Positions 1-13,479 of a DNA stretch of 64,000 nucleotides are shown here, piece after piece. Position 1 is the stretch's first letter. Each line of letters begins with the position of its first letter. The translations under genes and the position numbers were made by a program. The DNA comes from Octopus vulgaris (lineage: Eukaryota). The DNA is taken from assembly GCA_951406725.2 (NCBI GenBank), contig OX597818.1:107694001-107758000 (forward strand). The letters are read 5' to 3'. Below the pieces are notes generated by a model that saw only the letters and a list, made by a program, of their open reading frames with translations, searched no databases and was not told the origin of the DNA.

Positions 1-539
1 AGTTTTGCGTTGCAACAACAGAATAGTTTATATTCTTGTCAACAGTTTCAGTTTCTGAGTTAAAAATCCTTTTAGTCTGGGGTCTTTTTGTTTGCTACCA
101 AAAACTGGTATCATAGGGGTTAGAATATATGCACCACAGAATCCAACGGTCATACGTACACACGCACCCGCACGTGTAGACTCGGGCAGGTAAAGAAGAT
201 AGCTATTTCATTCATACTTAGTGGATGTCCTAGTTATTAACAATGAAATAATTCAGATTAAGCAAGGAACCCTGAGTAGGGAGACTGACATTTCTTGTGT
301 TTATATGCAGAGAGGAAAAATAATACAAAGAACATTATTCCCCTTCCAACATTCATACGAATTGAGTCAAATTTCCATACACATTATATGCTTCGTTATA
401 AACAGGTTTTCAATATCCTGCTACACCGGCGAGTACTTACATAAAGATACCAAAATATCCACACATTAAACAGATCATTATAGAGGTCCGTTTAGAAATT
501 CTCGCAAAATGGGTTTCGGATAGTAACATCAACGATTAT

Positions 540-1620
540 AAATCCTCTGAGTATTTTGTTTTGTATTTCTTGAATGTTTTTCCGAACCTATTGTGGCATC
601 TTATAACAAGTTCCTAATGCTTGTCTATCAAGTTCTCTTGAGATAATACGCAACACCTCTTGTTAATTATGGTTGTATAACTTAGAATTCCCGTCATATG
701 GATATGAATTCCTTACCTTAGACACGGAAATGCTGTATAGGATCGTCATTTCCGTCAAATACTAGATAAGGTTAACCAAAGAAGTGTTATGTCTCTTGTT
801 TCTATCACGAAAGGACACAATGTAGTAATGCCATTGATTTTTGAAAAGGTCAGCCATATATCCATATGTGTCATTCCTTCTGTCTGTGCAGAGCATTTTC
901 TATACACTGTTTTTACGAAGCCAATCGTTATTCAAAAGACACGTGTTTCTATTCCCGGAATTACATCTTTTAACGTTCTTAATAGTCTAATCACTATTCG
1001 TGCCACTAAATCCGTTCTTATAATTACTCAAATTGCCACTTCTTTTGCTTTTATTGTTATTGTTGTTGTTGCTGCTGTTAATCATATTATTACTACCTAT
1101 ATTGTCATTGTTGTAAATAATTATTTGATTGATATTTCTGTCATTATTAGGATCATCAACACAATCACTACTCTTTGTGGTATTATTTCTATGTTCCATC
1201 GTGGATACAATCGGTGTCTTTATTGCTTCATCTCTACCAGAATATTACTTGTGTCTGTGTCATCAATATTACTCAATCCATTCACACTCTTTTAGTTTGT
1301 CTCTATATTTGCACTAACACTAAACTTATTACATTTATTATTGTTTATCTGGTTAAGCTTCCTACTATTTAGTTGGAAATATAGTATTCCAAGTTACAAG
1401 ATGCTGCGTATGATAGTTTCAATGATTATCACTGGACTTTGGGTAATGCTTGGCCAATTCCTCGAAAAATTCTTAAGCGAATTTAGATGAAACATGGAGC
1501 CAAAATACGTTATTATGCCACAATATTATCTTTTTTCCAAAATATCATTATAGGGATCATTGCTGTGTTTATAACATCGATACTTATTTATTGTAGAATT
1601 CCCATTTAGTTGCTTTCCTC
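540..1620 (-). mobile_element. Degenerate Penelope-like element (PLE): RT thumb, Asn-rich linker and GIY-YIG endonuclease
   Basis: Minus-strand translation, with stops and frameshifts, gives KKIILWHNNVFWLHVSSKFA*EFFEELAKHYP, LKLSYAASCNLEY, CNSGNRNTCLLNNDWL and FKNQWHYYIVSFRDRNKRHNTSLVNLI*YL...YPYDGNSKLYNHN. These match PLE motifs (IIWFNPP..KHFP; VKLSYSC; CNC..CPL; FK.RY..H..SF; PY....K.CNLC). Confidence 0.75.
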
Positions 1621-1839
1621 AGAGTTTCCTCAGAACGTAATCATAAACGTTGGATTCTGTGGTAAATACTTCTAACCAATTTATGGCTGACTGTCATAAG
1701 GTGGCAAACAAAAACGCTTCGGAGTATCTCTAAGACAGAAACTTTTCTTTGCCTGTATGATTATATTTGAAACGAACTTAGTGTGAAGTGTGAATATCCT
1801 CGTGCACTTTTGGGGTGCACAAAGCAATCACTCACTAGC

Positions 1840-2374
1840 CGTTACTTAATAATCCAGAATCTCTACTAGTCAGAAACAAACAGGACGCAGACGTAAAATA
1901 TACATATAACTACTTTATTCTCTTTCTTGGTAAACAATAACAATACGTGTGTTATCTGATGTCCTTGATTCTGGGCGCGCAAGGCTGAAAGTTAATAGAT
2001 TGTAATATTTACAATCTTCAGCCCAAAAACGGAAAGGGGTCAAGATGGCGTCGAACAATGGAGACGATGTTGGTCTGCAACAATTTGGTTAAAGCCCTTT
2101 TGGTAAGGACTGCTAGAAGCTAGTTCAGACGGAGAGAATATATGCGTGACCGTCGCCGTCAATCGCTGGGTCCCAAGTCATTGGCTGCTGCTGCTAGCGG
2201 TCAAACATTCTACGACCCCCTTGCCTCGCTAACTGCTACGTAGGCAATAGGGTCGTGCTACCGGTGGTTCGCGCATGCGCGAGAGGGCCCTTCCTTTCTG
2301 TGCCTTGGTGAAGGCACCAACACGCGCGAAATACAAATGGTCGGTGCGCGAGCGCGCGTTATAATATCACTACA
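1840..2374 (-). mobile_element. CpG-rich block, candidate solo LTR (alternatively a CpG promoter)
   Basis: Minus strand starts TGTAGTG at 2374, has AATAAA at 1919-1914 and ends ...AGTAACG near 1840. CpG density is far above the flanks. No clear TSD. Confidence 0.4.
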
Positions 2375-2434
2375 TATTCGTTTTTCATTTTTACGATTCA
2401 TCCTTCTTGAACAGTCCACTCAAAGCAGGGTTAG

Positions 2435-3394
<960 letters not shown>

Positions 3395-3398
<4 letters not shown>

Positions 3399-3787
3399 GT
3401 TTCAGCTCAGAGCTGCGGCCATGCTGATGCACCGCCGTTTTGTGCTACACTGTTATTACGACGAACCTCGTCTAATATGTGGCACTTGGTGAAGAATGGA
3501 GTTTGATACAGCTACTCTCATTTGCACTTCTTGCCGTGAGGTAGGTTCATCTGGGACTCTTGACAGGAAGGTGTCCAGCTTTGATTTAAAAACCGCTACA
3601 TCTACTTTGTGCAAGTTCCTCAGACTCTTTGGGAGAATATTAAAAAGCTGTGGGCCCTTGAAACCCAGGCTGTTGCAGAAGCTGGTCCTGAAGCGTGATG
3701 GCATTGCTGGGATCTTTGGCACTATGCAGTGTCGTCCCGTTCTAGCATTGGTGTAGCTTACAATGCCAAAATTTGGCACAATTCCTT

Positions 3788-3791
<4 letters not shown>
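3395..3791 (-). mobile_element. CR1-group LINE 3' end (ORF2 C-terminus and short 3' UTR)
   Basis: ORF 3456-3821 reads TGRHCIVPKIP..NSLGFKGPQLFNILPKSLRNL..FKSKLDTFLSRVPDEP..SNSILHQ*, typical of CR1-like ORF2 ends, followed by a hairpin tail. Confidence 0.8.
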
Positions 3792-3824
<33 letters not shown>

Positions 3825-3829
3825 TATAT

Positions 3830-4900
3830 AAGTGTAATCTACAATTATCGAAAGATATTTCTATATCTCAAAAAATATTTGTTTATGTCTAAGACAATCT
3901 TTCGTTATTATAACATACAACAATAATATATATGTGTATATAATTAAATATAGGGTCTTGCTTAATCTAGAACTGTAATAAAGCATGTAAAAAATATATA
4001 AATACTAATTATATCTTTAATATATAATAACTCTTCTATTTATTTAAAGCTAATGATATAAAAATGTGGTTTAAAGTAACTAATTGGAATATTCTATAAT
4101 TATTGTTTAAAGTAACTAATTGGAATATTCTATAATTATTGTTTATGGAAGGGATAATTCCGTAATAAATATGAATAGAAACCTAATAAAGATTTTTTCT
4201 TTCTTTATTAAATTTATCGTAGGGAGAATTCTATAATAAATATGAAGATAAGCTTATGACTGTAAACACTATAACCTAAAATAACCCATAGATAGGGAGT
4301 TAGGCTATAATAATGGATATCCACATATTACAAGTTTTTTTTTAAAGTAGCCGGATTTGGAGTTACTTATATAAGGATTATTATTATTCGTATATTATGG
4401 AAGGGAGAACTCTGTAAATAAGTAAAAGTTAAGTAATATAACAAAACAAGCATTAAGGATTGCTCACGATAGAATAATTAATATTATTATTTTAAAATTA
4501 AATTACTATAAATAGTGTATATACAAATTTTATTCATTCTTTCAGAATAAACTAAATAAGATTGTTGTAATAAGAATACAAGTTATAAACTATGTAATAC
4601 TATAATAATTATTTTAGTTTTTAAATTTATTTATTAAGTCAAATAAAACTATTTATCTATTATTATCATTATTATAATTATCATCAATTAATTTATTAAT
4701 AAAATGAATGCATTTATACATATATTCATTCAGTATAGAGAAGACATCTTATCTGTGATATGTAATTAATATTAACACTAATATAATGAGGTATATATCA
4801 GTAACTACACTAATAGCATTAAAAGGAATCAAATTCTGAATTAATCCGCTAACAATTAATTTTCCAAATTCATTATTATAATATGGATTAAGATGACAAA
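3830..4900 (+). mobile_element. Possible very AT-rich PLE remnant (GIY-YIG end and UTR)
   Basis: ISKNICLCLRQSFVII...LLNLEL resembles the PLE end CNLCL.EK..II..LLN.R.EL. There is a 36-bp tandem duplication near 4069-4145 and a recurring GGGAGAATTCTATAATAAATATG-like motif. Confidence 0.35.
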
Positions 4901-5138
4901 ACTTAAATATATACATACATATATATACACATACACACATACATACATATATATATATATACATACGCACGTACATGTATATTACATATTCATATACATA
5001 CACATACATACACTCACATATACATATATACATCTATATATATACACATATACATATACATATACATATATATATTCACATATTCAAAGACACATACATA
5101 CAAATATACATACATACACATGCATGTATGTATGTAAC

Positions 5139-5500
5139 AAGCACCATCCGATCGTGGCCGTTTTGCCAGCCTCATCTGGCACCTGTGTCGGTGGCACATA
5201 AAAACACCATACGAGCGTGGCCGTCTGCCAGCCTCGTCTGGCACCTGTGTCGGTGGCACATAAAAAACACCATCCGAGCGTGGCCGTTTGCCAGCCTCGT
5301 CTGGCACCTGTGTCGGTGGCACATAAAATCACCCACTACACTCTCGGAGTGGTTGGCGTTAGGAAGGGCATCCAGCTGTAGAAACACTGCCAGATCTGAC
5401 TGGACTGGTGCAGCTTTCGGGCTCCCCAGACCCCAGTTGAACCGTCCAACCCATGCTAGCATGGAAGGCGGACGTTAAATGATGATGATGATGATGATGA
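5139..5500 (+). mobile_element. RTE LINE 3' UTR fragment with three ~63-bp tandem units and (GAT)n tail
   Basis: Units GCACCATCCGAGCGTGGCCGTTTGCCAGCCTCGTCTGGCACCTGTGTCGGTGGCACATAAAA, then GGTTGGCGTTAGGAAGGGCATCCAGC...CCAACCCATGCTAGCATGG...(GAT)n. Confidence 0.85.
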
Positions 5501-5554
5501 TATATATATATATATATACACACATATATATATATATATTTATACATACATACA

Positions 5555-5586
<32 letters not shown>

Positions 5587-5591
5587 CGTAT

Positions 5592-6308
5592 AGGTGGTGA
5601 AGCATGACCTTCGAATGTTGGACCTCACAGAGATGATGACATGAAACCAAGACCTCTGGAGATATGCTGTGGCTGAGAAGACCCGGCAAAGAAAGTGAGA
5701 TGACAGCCGTAGCCTACACCAGTGTCACATAATGAGCCTATTTAAAAAAGTACTTTGAATTATCAGGTGTCACATCATGCTTGAGGGGACCTGTTGAGTC
5801 AAGTAAAATCAAAAATCAAAAATCAAAAATCAAATCACAATCAAAAAACGGAACTTGTAGTTGTGGCCGATGCCAGTGCCACCTGACTGGCTCTCGTGCT
5901 GGTGGCACGCAATAAACAACATTCATGCGTGAGTCATTGCCAGTGCCGCCTGACTAGCTTTCTGTGCTGGTGACATGTAAAAAGCCCCATATGAACGTGG
6001 TTGATGCCAGCATCCCAGCCCTAACTGGCTCCTGTGCCTGTAGCGCATAAACAGCACCGTCCGAACGTGGCTGATGTCAGTGCCGCCTGACTGGCTCCCG
6101 TGCCAGTGGAATGTAAAAGGCACCTACTACACTCTCGGAGTGGTTGGCGTTAGGAAGGGCATCAAGCTGTAGAAAGATTGTCAGATCAGATTGGAGCCTG
6201 GTAAGGCCTCCTGGCTTGCCAGTCAAACCGTCCAACCCATGCCAGCATGGAAAACGGGCGTTAAACGATGGTGATGATGATGATTATGATGATGATGATG
6301 ATGATGAT
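5592..6308 (+). mobile_element. RTE LINE 3' end (ORF end, tandem-repeat 3' UTR, (GAT)n tail)
   Basis: VVKHDLRMLDLTEMMT*NQDLWRYAVAEKTRQRK* resembles an RTE C-terminus; same tail as 5139-5500. Confidence 0.8.
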
Positions 6309-6380
6309 ATACACATACATGTACATGTATACACACATATACACATAAATACGTAACCACATATATAAGTACATATAGAT

Positions 6381-6457
<77 letters not shown>

Positions 6458-6704
6458 CACACACTTACACATACAAGTACAAACACACACATACACATAA
6501 TGAGACATAGACAGCACCATATAAATACAAACAACCTGTACCCATGCGTACAAACACATATATATACACACACACACAAATATATGATTATTCATATGTA
6601 CACATATAAATGGACACGTACGAGTACAAATACAGACACTGAATAAGATTTTCTAAACACATATTTAGAATAGTGCGTACAAGATAGAAGACTCTCAAAT
6701 CTTT

Positions 6705-6942
6705 CATCATCATCAGCATCAGCATCATCATCGTTTAACGTCCGCTTTACATGCTAGCATGGGTTGGACGATTTGACTGAGGACTGTCGAACCAGATGGC
6801 TGCACCAGGCTCCAATCTTGATTTGGCAGAGTTTCTACAGCTGGATGCCCTTCCTAACGCCAACCAGTCCGAGAGTGTAGTGGATGCTTTTATGTGCCAC
6901 CAACACGAGGGCCAGTCAGGCGGTACTGGCAATGGCCACGGA
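6705..6942 (-). mobile_element. RTE 3' UTR fragment
   Basis: Reverse complement of the same tail with (ATC)n. Confidence 0.85.
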
Positions 6943-7062
6943 AAATCCGTGTTTGTTTTATTTTTTTTCATTAAGCTATTTCTTCTTAGATGTTAATATC
7001 TGGTGTAATTCATATATACATGGGTTGCATATGGTTATTTGCAATGTGTGTATATATATATG

Positions 7063-7168
<106 letters not shown>

Positions 7169-7911
7169 ATGATATTTTGGTCAACTCAGTTTTTTGCTGT
7201 TCTGGAGTTTCCCCGGTGCATTCACAGTGTCCTCAGAATGTTATGATATAACTTGTATGATGACCCTGTGAATGTCCATTGGTCAATTTAAATTCTGTAA
7301 CAGCAACTCAGTTGCACTGTGTAGCAATAATACACTAAAGATGTTTAGTAGTTTTGTAACTTGTTGGTACGAGAGAGCTGATAAAAGAGGAACGTAAAGA
7401 AGAGATGAGAAGATGTATTCAAAACGAAACAGGAGTTAAGTAATAGATATCACATACACAACAAGTTAATATGATAGATATCAGAATTGGCAGGACATCA
7501 TAAGAATATTTTACTACTTAGTAACAACCTCTTACATTCTGAGTTCAAAACCATTGACATTGATTTTCGTTTTCATTCTTGTAAATTAATATAAATTTGG
7601 GGTGAGGCCGGGATAAATTTGATGAATCGTCTTTCGTATATAATGATGATTGAGAGTTAATTTCATCAACTTAACTGCCTCCCCATCAATATTTGTTATT
7701 GGCATTTCATGTTATCTGGGTTTGTTGGGAATAACCAACAATCCTTAAATGATATCAGCAACTCGAAATTAATGCAGCCATAACTTACCAATTGGATAGC
7801 CGACCAGTGGTTTACTGGGATCATGACAAATATCCATAATTCTCACAAGCTGAGTTCACCTAGGTATTCTAGGATAGGTTCAGGACTACTACTTTGCTGA
7901 TTAGGGTGCAG

Positions 7912-8327
7912 TCGAACCAGTTCTACTATATGGCTCAGAAAACTGGACGTTATCAAAGAAGCTTGAGAGGCGGTTGGATGGAACTTACACTCGCCTCCTT
8001 ATGAGAGCTCAAAATCTCTCGTGGAAGCATCATCCAACCAAAGTACAAATATATGGGAAATTACCACCTGTATCATCTCTTGTGAAAGGTAGAAGAGTCC
8101 AGTTTGCTGGACATTGTTGTAGAGCTAAAAACAAGGTAATTTCTACTCTTCTCCTCTGGATGCCATCTGCTCGCGATACCAGAGGGCGCACACTCTCCTA
8201 CCCTGATGAAATCACCAGGGATACAGGCATCCAGCTACAGGACCTCCGTTATGCTATGATGGACCGTGAAGTCTGGTGTAACATGTTAAATTCCATTGTC
8301 TCGACCACGGTGGAACAATGATGATGA
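7912..8327 (+). mobile_element. 5'-truncated RTE-superfamily LINE with 10-bp TSD
   Basis: VLLYGSENWTLSKKLERRLDGTYTRLL..RRVQFAGHC..LLW.P..DTG..MMDREVW..* followed by (TGA)n. TSD TAGGGTGCAG at 7902-7911 and 8328-8337. Confidence 0.9.
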
Positions 8328-8899
8328 TAGGGTGCAGAATAATTAACAAGAGATTTATTGGTATGTAGTGCTGCCTTGAAAACTTAGCGTGAGTTGAGCA
8401 TCTTTAGAAACGCTCTTTGGAAGTCAATAGGGTTAATCACCTATTGATATATGCTTGCTTGGATTAGAGGAAATAATTTGCTAACCTCGTTAAAGACGTG
8501 TGTGTAAAATAAATAAATATTCATTGATTGACTGATACTTTGATTAATTTTATGAATTTACTGCAACAATTTTTATTTTAATTTTAATTTTATTTCTATA
8601 ATTTCAGAAAACTTACAGAATAATTTCATAAGAATTTCATAGCCCATCCACTTAATTATTAATTACTTGCATCTGCGTGGATTAAACCATGGCATCATGC
8701 TAAATCTCAACTGTTAACATGTAATGTAATATTCAGGTTTTGTTTGGAGAAATATTTGATTAACTATTTTATATCAGAATTGAACTCGCAACCTGAATAG
8801 ATTTAAGTTTAAATGAATTCTTTGTATTTTCAGACTGTTTGATAAATTGAATTTAGAATAATTTTCTTATACAGAATTATCTTGTAACACTAAGCTTTC

Positions 8900-9230
8900 A
8901 ATAAATTCAATAATGCTCTTAACTTCTGAGTTCAAATCTTGTCATGGTTCTCTTTGCTTTTCACCCTTCTGTTGTTGATAAGATAAGTACCACTCAAAGA
9001 CTGCAGTTGATCTAATTAATTATTCACTTTCATTTCTGTGCCTATGTAAAAAATTAGAAGTATTATCATCCTAGATATTACATTTAGCACAAACACTAGA
9101 GCACACAACAAAACACTTTGCTGAATTTAGTTTTGTAACTGTAGGATCTGAGTTCAAATCTGTTTTGGACTAACTTTATCTTTCATTCTACAAAATAAGT
9201 ACCAGTAAGAAATCTGGAGTTGATTTCACT
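8900..9230 (+). mobile_element. Two degenerate SINE family A copies
   Basis: TCTGAGTTCAAAT...TTTCA..CT...AATAAGTACC motifs occur twice. Confidence 0.6.
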
Positions 9231-9989
9231 GAATGCGTGCATTTAAAAGAATTATTTCCAGTGAAAAGCAGTTAATACGATTGTAAAGAATTTCTTTGAT
9301 TTGCATAAATATGAAGCAGGGAATGTTGTTGTTTAGCAGAGTAAGTTATCAACCCCTGGAGGATTCCCAAAACATTTGAAGATCGTTCCTAAGAATTGTG
9401 GGAACTGGGGCATGCAGAATAATATGCTTTACATTCTATAAAAATAAATTTAAATGAAATGAACTTTATATACCTTTAAGAAGTAAGTATAAAATTAAAA
9501 ATTCCTGTATCATATTGGTGATGTTAAAATGAGGTCTTAAAATAGAGAATATAATAGAGGCTGTCTGGATCACTGGTGTTACTTACGGTGCATTATTGTC
9601 AAAAATCTATTAATTTGCTTTAGGCTTTTAAATACAATTTGATCTCACAAGATAAAGAGGATTTCGTGTAACATCTGGAATTAGAAAACATCAACGATTT
9701 GAATGAGAGTTGTGAAACTAGCTTCAGCAAGCTTTTTCGAAATTCTACATATTTGTATGGATTAGGTTCAAAGGCAGTTTTAAAAGAAGGGCAAAGATAT
9801 AATACTTGATCTAAATATACTCTTAGTATTTATTTTATTTACCCCAAAGCATGAATTAACAAGTCAACCTCTCATAATTTAGAATTGGTAAGTGCTTAGT
9901 GTAAACTTTTGATGTTATAGTCGTCTAAATTGAATCAAACCTTGTTACAGCCCCTGTCATCAAAAACAAGCAGATATTTTGTCAGTTAT

Positions 9990-10130
9990 TATGTACAGAG
10001 GACATTTTTCAGTTCTTGTCTACCAAATCTACTGACAAAGCTCTGGTCACTATGGAGTTATTGCAGGAATCACTTGCTCAATGTGCCATGCAGTGGCACA
10101 TAACCATATGTGTTGGAAGCCATGCCAGCC
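9990..10130 (-). mobile_element. Degenerate SINE family B fragment
   Basis: TTTCAGTT..TGTCTACCAAATC.ACT.ACAA matches family B. Confidence 0.6.
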
Positions 10131-10385
10131 CTTTGATACATCTGTGTATGAGTATTCTGTCAAGTAAGAATTTAAATAATACAATTATTTGCTTGTAAAA
10201 ATATATAAAAATATATAAGTATATAAAAATCCTCACTCGTGATTTTTTTATTTATATTTTTTTACTGCAACTTCAATATTTGCTGACAAAATGTTCTTTC
10301 TAAGATAATCAAAAGTGGTGAAGTCATTCAATAAATGCTCTATTATATATTATATATCATATTTACTTCAGTAATTCACTGGCAC

Positions 10386-11156
10386 TTAGTGTCATAGTCA
10401 AAAGTTTTACTGTATTTTCATGACTTATTTGCTCTTTTTTTTTTCTGAGTTACAACAAAAGCAGTTGAGCATCCAAAGCCATCTTTCTGCCAGTTCTTTG
10501 ATTCAATGCTGACAGCAGTTCTTGTCCTTTGAATAAAGAACTCCTACACTGAATCTTCTGCATCCTCCAGGTTGATGAAGCATCACAATCACAGGAAGCG
10601 GGTCTTGGATCAGAACAAATTGTAATCTGAGGGAGCTAGGTGTGGTCTTGATGCTGAAGGGCTAACTTTCTATTAACCAATACTGGGTACTTTTACCTCA
10701 CTGGGGTGTACATATGCTCCATCTGAGAGGGGTACCATTTGGTTCCATCCAGAACAAACTTGTCGTGAATTACCCCTTCATAATTCTACCTGACACAGAG
10801 TGTTACCTTGTGTTTGAAGCTCCCATGTTTGGTGACAGGTTCTAGAAGCTGGGCCCTTGCTTAACTATTGCTTATACACGTTAGGATTGCAGCAAAAATA
10901 TCTCTCTCAGATTATTCCTTGTTCCACTCTATGCCTCTCTGAGCTTGCAACACTTCCCCAACCAAGAAGAGGAGGAAGCTTCAGTGATAGAGTTCTTTGC
11001 CTTGATGGACAAGAACCAGAATCAAAGAACTAACAGAAAGGTGCCTTCAGATGGGCCAACATGTTGGCCTCTACTTTGAACTGCTTTTTGTTGTAACTTG
11101 ACAAATAAAGCAATTAAGTTACCAAAATATTGCAAAACTTTTGACTCAACACAATA
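10386..11156. mobile_element. Mariner-derived element made of two inverted transposase 3' ends
   Basis: Minus 10460-10655 reads HLAPSDYNLF..IKELAERW; plus 10900-11085 reads SDYSLFHS..EFF..IKELTERCLQM..GLYFE. Both continue into matching ends AACTGCTTTTGTTGTAACT...AAAACTTTTGACT. Confidence 0.75.
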
Positions 11157-13479
11157 TTTCAATGACACAGGATTTATAAAAGGTAAAAGATTTGAACTCA
11201 GAATATAAAAAGGAAGAATTGAATGCTAATAGGCGTTTCATCCAATACTTCAGTGATTTTGGCAATCCACTTAATTCTGTCCAAATCATAAAATCAATAA
11301 AATTGGTGTTTAACTTCATCTCCGTATTCCCTAGATTTAAGATGAGAAATAAACCAAGTGGATAAGAAGACATCAGTAAATTGTTACAAGTCGTTGGCTT
11401 AGCAGAGACAACCCTTTTCCGAGTGAAAATCATAGGAGTTGAATTTCATTACATGCCTTACTTTTGCTGTTTACGGAGCATAATTATGTCAGCTTGGGGT
11501 CGATATATTTAAAATGAAGGCTGAATGTCTTGTAGATAGACATGCTACAATACCAGCGAGATATGTGAACTGCTATCTTTTAATTAGCTGTCTTTTTTAG
11601 TTATTTGCATTTAGAGTCACTTGCTGAAAACTGTGTTTGGTTTCAGGGATACAACATTCTTTGTATCAACATTGATTAATTTCCTTGTTTTAATTGCAGT
11701 TAGGCACAATGTGAGAAAACACACACACACACACACACGTGTGTGTGTGTTTTACACTACAATTTGAAAAACTATTGCAAATGAGAGGAATCAATCATCT
11801 TTAGCATCAAATTCTGTAATAAAACATGAATATATTTCTATAGAAACCCCCTGAAAAGAAGAGTTATGTCATTTAATTCCCATCAAGAAAGACCGTCACT
11901 TTTCTGCTTTCCAGATTGAATGTCTACATAGATGTACACAAATCGATGTTTTGCTCTCTTTCACCTCTCTAAATAAATATTGATTAACTGAAGATTAAGT
12001 TTGTTTTTAAAAAATGTTTACATTGATATTTACGATTGTCGAATTGATGATATAAACCAAAATAAGGCAGACATTGCAAAAAGAAGGAAATGAAAGGAAA
12101 AGGAGGAGTAGGAGGAGGAGGAGGAAGAAAAAGCAGAAAGTGCGAGAAAAGAAATCCATAAATTCTAATCAGATTTATGAGTTTATGTTTTGTTAAAAAA
12201 AAAATATTCTTCCAAGAATCTCTATTGATAATCCCTCACTGACTTCTTTTGCAAGAGAGGATTAGCTGATACTTAATAGCCTCAAACATAAAGGATGGGG
12301 AAGAGAATGGAAGCAAAAAACAAAATAAAATAAAACACAAAATAAAATCAAACAAACAAACAAAATCAAAGGATGAGAAAACAAAATCTGTTTTCCCACC
12401 CGAAACAGTTCTTTAGAGAAACAAAGAAAGCCTAAAGAGCTGAGATGTAGGTAACAAAACTTTCTGAAAATCAATCAGCTAACGAGAAAAAAAAATTACC
12501 TTTCTATAGCCTCCTCCCCACCACCTGTATGCAGTAAAGTATAACCATTATCAGAAAAATTTGAGAAAATAAAATCCAGTTGGCTAATGTTTAATATGCA
12601 CTGAGTGTCGTAAGATATCAATGCATTGGTGATTAGAATATTGATGAGATCACCAATCATCCCATCATCCATAGAGTTGAATGTTTGTTTATGAATAAGT
12701 GTGTGTGTGTGTGTGTCTCTCTCTCTCTGTGTCTCTGTGTGTATGTGTGTCTCTCTCTTTCTCTCTCTGTGAATGTGTGTATGTATGTGGTTGTGTGTGA
12801 ATGAGTGAATTTGTTTGTGTCTATGCATGTGTTTGAATATGCCATATGAATCCTTGTGTGTGTGTGTCTGATGTATTTGTGGGTGTTTAATCGTGTGTAT
12901 CTGTGTATACACTGAGTGTCTGTGTGTAAGTTGGGAGCAAGAATGAACATGTGCTTGCTTGTATGCAATAAGGTCCATAAATGTATGTATAAATGTATTC
13001 ATGTAAGCGAGTGTCATAGCTATATGCATGTTTGCACATGTTTGTGTGCATACATATGTAAACGTGTGATTGTGTGTGCATGCATATTTAAGTATGTGGT
13101 GTTTTATACCTTGAATGTTTAAGATGTTTCACTCCATACATCATGGTTCCAGGTTCAATCCCTCTGGCAGCACCATGAGCAAGTATCTTTTACTATCATG
13201 AAACTGAGTTGAGATAACCTGTCTGAAGTGTCACATGAATTAATATTATGATTTGAACATCTTCAACACCATATCTCTCTCTCTCCTCTCTCTCCCTTCT
13301 TCTCTCCCACTCTGACTGTCTCTTTGTCTTTCTCTCCATCTCTTTCACCCCTTCTTCTTTCTTTTCCTACTGGGGTAGCCCAGTGTCTCCTCAACAGTAG
13401 AGCACCTATTTCTATCCCTCTGTTATATTTCAATCTCCCAACCGGCACAGAGACCCCTTTCTCAGTTCCACTCCCTCTC

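Noticed and set aside
1948-2000. Hammerhead-like CTGATGT-ccttg..caagg-ct-GAAA on +
   Set aside because: Core mismatch, extra nucleotides and no proper stem III; may be chance or a dead relic.
3830-4900. Possible mitochondrial insertion (NUMT) suggested by extreme AT content
   Set aside because: No recognisable mitochondrial gene or tRNA; weak PLE motifs fit better.
5139-5330. CRISPR-like repeat array
   Set aside because: Contiguous tandem units without unique spacers, inside a eukaryotic LINE UTR.
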